Source: an uncultured Pelagibacteraceae bacterium (GTDB lineage: Bacteria; Pseudomonadota; Alphaproteobacteria; Pelagibacterales; Pelagibacteraceae). Taken from it: a stretch of 64,000 bases of DNA. How positions within the stretch are numbered: the stretch's first letter is position 1; each line of letters begins with the position of its first letter. A model generated the notes under the pieces. That model was given only the letters and a program-made list of their open reading frames with translations. It was not told the origin of the DNA and did not search any database. Both the position numbers and the translations under genes were made by a program. The stretch is taken from assembly GCA_902519325.1 (NCBI GenBank), contig CABYJU010000005.1, positions 8,324 through 72,323 of the forward strand, given 5' to 3'. Shown here in pieces: positions 60,681 to 64,000 of this stretch.

Positions 60681-61793
60681 ATGTCATTAAAAGATTTCAA
60701 TTTTAATGTTCATCATACTCAAAATTATGCAAGAGTAGGAGTTATAGAGACCCATAGAGGCAATATAAACACTCCTGCATTTATGCCAGTTGGTACTCAA
60801 GCAACTGTTAAAGGTGTTTTTTTAGAAGATATAAAAAAAACAGGTAGTGAGATAATTTTATCAAATACATATCATTTAATGATAAGGCCTGGTGTTGAAA
60901 GAATTGAAAGTGTTGGAGGACTTCATGAATTCATGAATTGTGATTTACCAATTTTAACGGACTCAGGTGGTTTTCAAGTTATGTCTCTGTCAAAATTAAA
61001 TAAAATCGATAGAGATAAAGGTGCAATTTTTCAATCACATATAGATGGTAAAACTTTTATATTAAGCCCTGAAGAAAGCATAAGAATTCAAAAAGGTTTG
61101 AACTCAGACATAGTAATGGTTATGGATGAATGCCCTAAAAATACTAAAGATTATGATAAAATTAAAAAATCAATGGAATTATCATTAGAGTGGGCAAAAA
61201 GATCAAAAGATGCATTTGGAATAAATGATCACAAAGGTTTATTTGGAATTGTACAAGGTGGATTATTTAATGATCTAAGAATCAAATCTTTAAACAATCT
61301 TATCGATATTGGATTTAATGGATATGCTCTAGGAGGATTGGCAGTAGGGGAAACACAAGATGAAATGTTTGATGTTCTTGATGGAATAAAAGATCATATG
61401 CCTAAAGAAAAACCAAGATATTTAATGGGTGTAGGTACTCCATCTGATATACTCGGTGCAGTTAAGAGAGGTGTTGATATGTTTGACTGTGTAATGCCAA
61501 CGAGATCTGGGAGAACTGGTTTGGCTTTTACATGGGAAGGACAAATTCAAATTAGAAACTCAAAATATAAAAATGATAATACTCCACTGGACAGAAGTGT
61601 CACAAAGTTCAATTTAAATAAATATTCTAAGAATTATTTAAATCATTTATTTAATACTAACGAAATGTTGGCCTCAATGATTCTGACCCTTAATAACATC
61701 AACTTTTATCAAGATTTAATGAGAAACATCAGAGACAATATAAAATATGGTACTTTTGATGAATTTCACGATAAGTACATCAAAATATTGTAA
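60681..61793 (+). CDS. tgt: tRNA-guanine transglycosylase
   Basis: TPAFMPVGT, TDSGGFQV, MDEC, GIVQGG, GGLAVGE, RYLMGVG, DMFDCVMPTR. Confidence 0.96.
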   Translation: MSLKDFNFNVHHTQNYARVGVIETHRGNINTPAFMPVGTQATVKGVFLEDIKKTGSEIILSNTYHLMIRPGVERIESVGGLHEFMNCDLPILTDSGGFQVMSLSKLNKIDRDKGAIFQSHIDGKTFILSPEESIRIQKGLNSDIVMVMDECPKNTKDYDKIKKSMELSLEWAKRSKDAFGINDHKGLFGIVQGGLFNDLRIKSLNNLIDIGFNGYALGGLAVGETQDEMFDVLDGIKDHMPKEKPRYLMGVGTPSDILGAVKRGVDMFDCVMPTRSGRTGLAFTWEGQIQIRNSKYKNDNTPLDRSVTKFNLNKYSKNYLNHLFNTNEMLASMILTLNNINFYQDLMRNIRDNIKYGTFDEFHDKYIKIL

Positions 61794-61843
61794 ATTTTTA
61801 ACATTGATTAATAAAAAAAAATCAATATAAAAACGCTTCTTGG

Positions 61844-61919
<76 letters not shown>

Positions 61920-61920
61920 C

Positions 61921-62742
61921 TTAAGCAATTGGCGGATATTTAATAATAATTTCATTTATCCAATTTGTAATATTATTAATTCTATTTGTTGAAGATGGGT
62001 GAGTAGACATAAATTCTGGTGGTTCTTTCCCTTTTTTAGCTTCTTTCATTCTTTCCCAAACTTTGATTGTTTCCCTAATGTCATAACCAGATAATGATGC
62101 AAATATCAAACCAAGATAATCAGCTTCACTCTCTTGCTTTCTATTGAAGGGATTCATAATTCCTATTTGTGATAATAAACCGACAGCATTCATCCCTGTG
62201 GTTCTATTTATCTGAGATACTTTACCTTTAGTGGCTATATCTAAAATTGCTGTACCAGTATTTAACAAAACACCTCTACTTGCTCTTTCTACTGAATGTT
62301 TTGCAACAGCATGCGCAATTTCATGACCCATTACAGCTGCCAATCCATCTTCATTTTTAGTTATATCTAATAGACCTGTATAAACAGCTATTTTACCTCC
62401 AGGCATACACCAAGCATTTTTAACTTTTTTTTTATCAATAAGTATATATTCCCAATCAAAATTTATAGTTGGGTCAGGTATATTATTGCGGTCAAAGTAT
62501 TCTGATATTGAATATTCAATTTTGGATCCAATTTCTTTTATTTGATTTAATGTTTTGGTATCATCACTTAAAGTTTCTTTCTCCTTTACCTTTTCATATA
62601 ATTGAGCAGCTTTCGCATTGAGGTTAGATTCGGGAATTAATTTTAGTTGTTTTCGATCTGTTATCGGTGCACTACCACATGCAGATAGGCCAAAAGATAA
62701 GCAACTACAACCAAATAAATGTATGAAATTTCTTCTATTCAC
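61921..62742 (-). CDS. M48 family metallopeptidase, probable Tat lipoprotein
   Basis: MNRRNFI twin-arginine motif, lipobox LSAC, NAWCMPGG, HEIAH, ESEAD, STHP. Confidence 0.92.
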   Translation of the reverse strand: MNRRNFIHLFGCSCLSFGLSACGSAPITDRKQLKLIPESNLNAKAAQLYEKVKEKETLSDDTKTLNQIKEIGSKIEYSISEYFDRNNIPDPTINFDWEYILIDKKKVKNAWCMPGGKIAVYTGLLDITKNEDGLAAVMGHEIAHAVAKHSVERASRGVLLNTGTAILDIATKGKVSQINRTTGMNAVGLLSQIGIMNPFNRKQESEADYLGLIFASLSGYDIRETIKVWERMKEAKKGKEPPEFMSTHPSSTNRINNITNWINEIIIKYPPIA

Positions 62743-62865
62743 TTTTTTTACTTAATATATTACACCTTTTTTATAATAATTTATATGATACTTAATAACA
62801 AAATTTTAATAGTACTATTTGTACTGGCAGTCGTATTTGTTTTATATGCAAGTTACAGTTAATTT

Positions 62866-63489
62866 ATGGCAAAATTAAAGAGAAGAGGCATTTCAATCCT
62901 TGGAAGACTTAGAAACTATTTTATAGCAGGAATAGTTGTTCTTGTTCCAATAGGTATCACATTATATTTAACTAGATTTTTTATATCTATATCGTCAAAA
63001 TTAATACCAAACGAATTAAATCCAAATAGTTACTTGCCTTTTGCAATACCAGGTTTGGAAATATTATTAGCTATAATTTTTATTACAATAATTGGAAGTT
63101 TATCTCTTTCATTTATTGGAAAAAAAATACTTAAAATATTTAATGATATATTAAAAAGAATACCAATTCTTAGAACAATTTATTCAGCAATCGGCCAAAT
63201 GACTGAAACATTAGCACCAAAAAAAGGATCAAAGAAAAGTGTAGTCTTAGTTGAGTATCCGAGAAAAGGTACTTGGGCAGTAGGGTTTGCGACGAGAGAA
63301 AACGATGGTGAAATATCAAAAAAAACAAATACTAATCTTATTAATGTATTTGTTCCAACAACACCAAATCCTACAAGTGGATTTTTATTAATGTTTCCTA
63401 AAGATGAAGTTATTTATTTAGATATGACTTTTGAAGAAGCATCTAAATTTATTGTTTCAGCCGGTACTTCAGATCCAAAAAAAATTTAA
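62866..63489 (+). CDS. DUF502 domain membrane protein
   Basis: VLVEYPR.G.W, FVPTTPNPTSGF. Confidence 0.88.
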   Translation: MAKLKRRGISILGRLRNYFIAGIVVLVPIGITLYLTRFFISISSKLIPNELNPNSYLPFAIPGLEILLAIIFITIIGSLSLSFIGKKILKIFNDILKRIPILRTIYSAIGQMTETLAPKKGSKKSVVLVEYPRKGTWAVGFATRENDGEISKKTNTNLINVFVPTTPNPTSGFLLMFPKDEVIYLDMTFEEASKFIVSAGTSDPKKI

Positions 63490-64000
63490 GAAATTTCGTT
63501 AATTATTGAGGCTCGATCGTATAATTTTAATAATTTATTATATTTACTGAAATTATCACCTTTCATCTCTAATTTTTTTACTTCTGCCTCAGCAAGTAAG
63601 AATAAATCTTCATTTAATATGGGATCAGCTAATCTAAAATTTTTAATTCCACTTTGTTTAAATCCTAACAAATCCCCATATCCACGCAATTTCATATCTT
63701 CCTCAGAAATTACAAAACCGTCATCTGAACTTTTTAGAATATTAATTCTTTTTTTTGCATTTTCACTTAGTGAGGATTTAAACATCAATATACAGTAAGA
63801 TTGTTTACTACCACGTCCGACACGACCTCGTAACTGATGTAATTGGGATAAACCATACTTATCAGCATTTTCAATAACAATTACGTTAGCATTAGGAAAA
63901 TCAATTCCAACCTCAATAACAGTGGTTGAAACCAATATATCCAACTTTCTATCTAAGAAATTATTTAAAATTTTGTTCCTTTCATCCTTATCAAGTGAAC
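63486..64000 (-). CDS. recG: ATP-dependent DNA helicase RecG (C-terminal part; runs off the window end)
   Basis: TTVIEVGID, GLSQLHQLRGRVGRG, DGF.I...D..LRG.G...G..QSG. Confidence 0.95.
   Translation of the reverse strand, partial: SLDKDERNKILNNFLDRKLDILVSTTVIEVGIDFPNANVIVIENADKYGLSQLHQLRGRVGRGSKQSYCILMFKSSLSENAKKRINILKSSDDGFVISEEDMKLRGYGDLLGFKQSGIKNFRLADPILNEDLFLLAEAEVKKLEMKGDNFSKYNKLLKLYDRASIINEIS

Overview
Very AT-rich, densely packed alphaproteobacterial chromosome segment. Gene content, gene order and the minimal intergenic spaces point to SAR11/Pelagibacterales (inference). Housekeeping blocks flank it: pgpA-ispDF, ntrYX-trkAH, an aap/yhd amino-acid ABC transporter and valS-ilvD-manC on the left; xth-iscA/erpA, dgt-argS-nagZ-scpAB-tatABC-serS-yajC-secDF, uvrA/ssb-gyrA-coaD-ppi-tgt and recG on the right, plus 4 tRNAs. 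Between them is a ~17 kb phosphate-stress cluster (DAG-kinase family gene, plcP, agt, phoR, a secreted hypothetical, pstSCAB-phoU-phoB, sixA, ppk-ppx, and a small membrane protein-arsC-aquaporin-Nudix operon), followed by a Zur/znuABC zinc cluster. I saw no CRISPR array, integrase or transposase. Best leads: (1) an ArsR-less, Pho-box-preceded arsenate operon that includes a Nudix hydrolase; (2) an unannotated structured locus at 19.24-19.40 kb, either a Pho-controlled anti-SD sRNA or a 17-aa hydrophobic peptide; (3) a GC-rich RNA structure built from synonymous codons inside ilvD; (4) a TGT that lacks all zinc ligands. All product calls come from recognising motifs by eye; no database searches or folding calculations were run.
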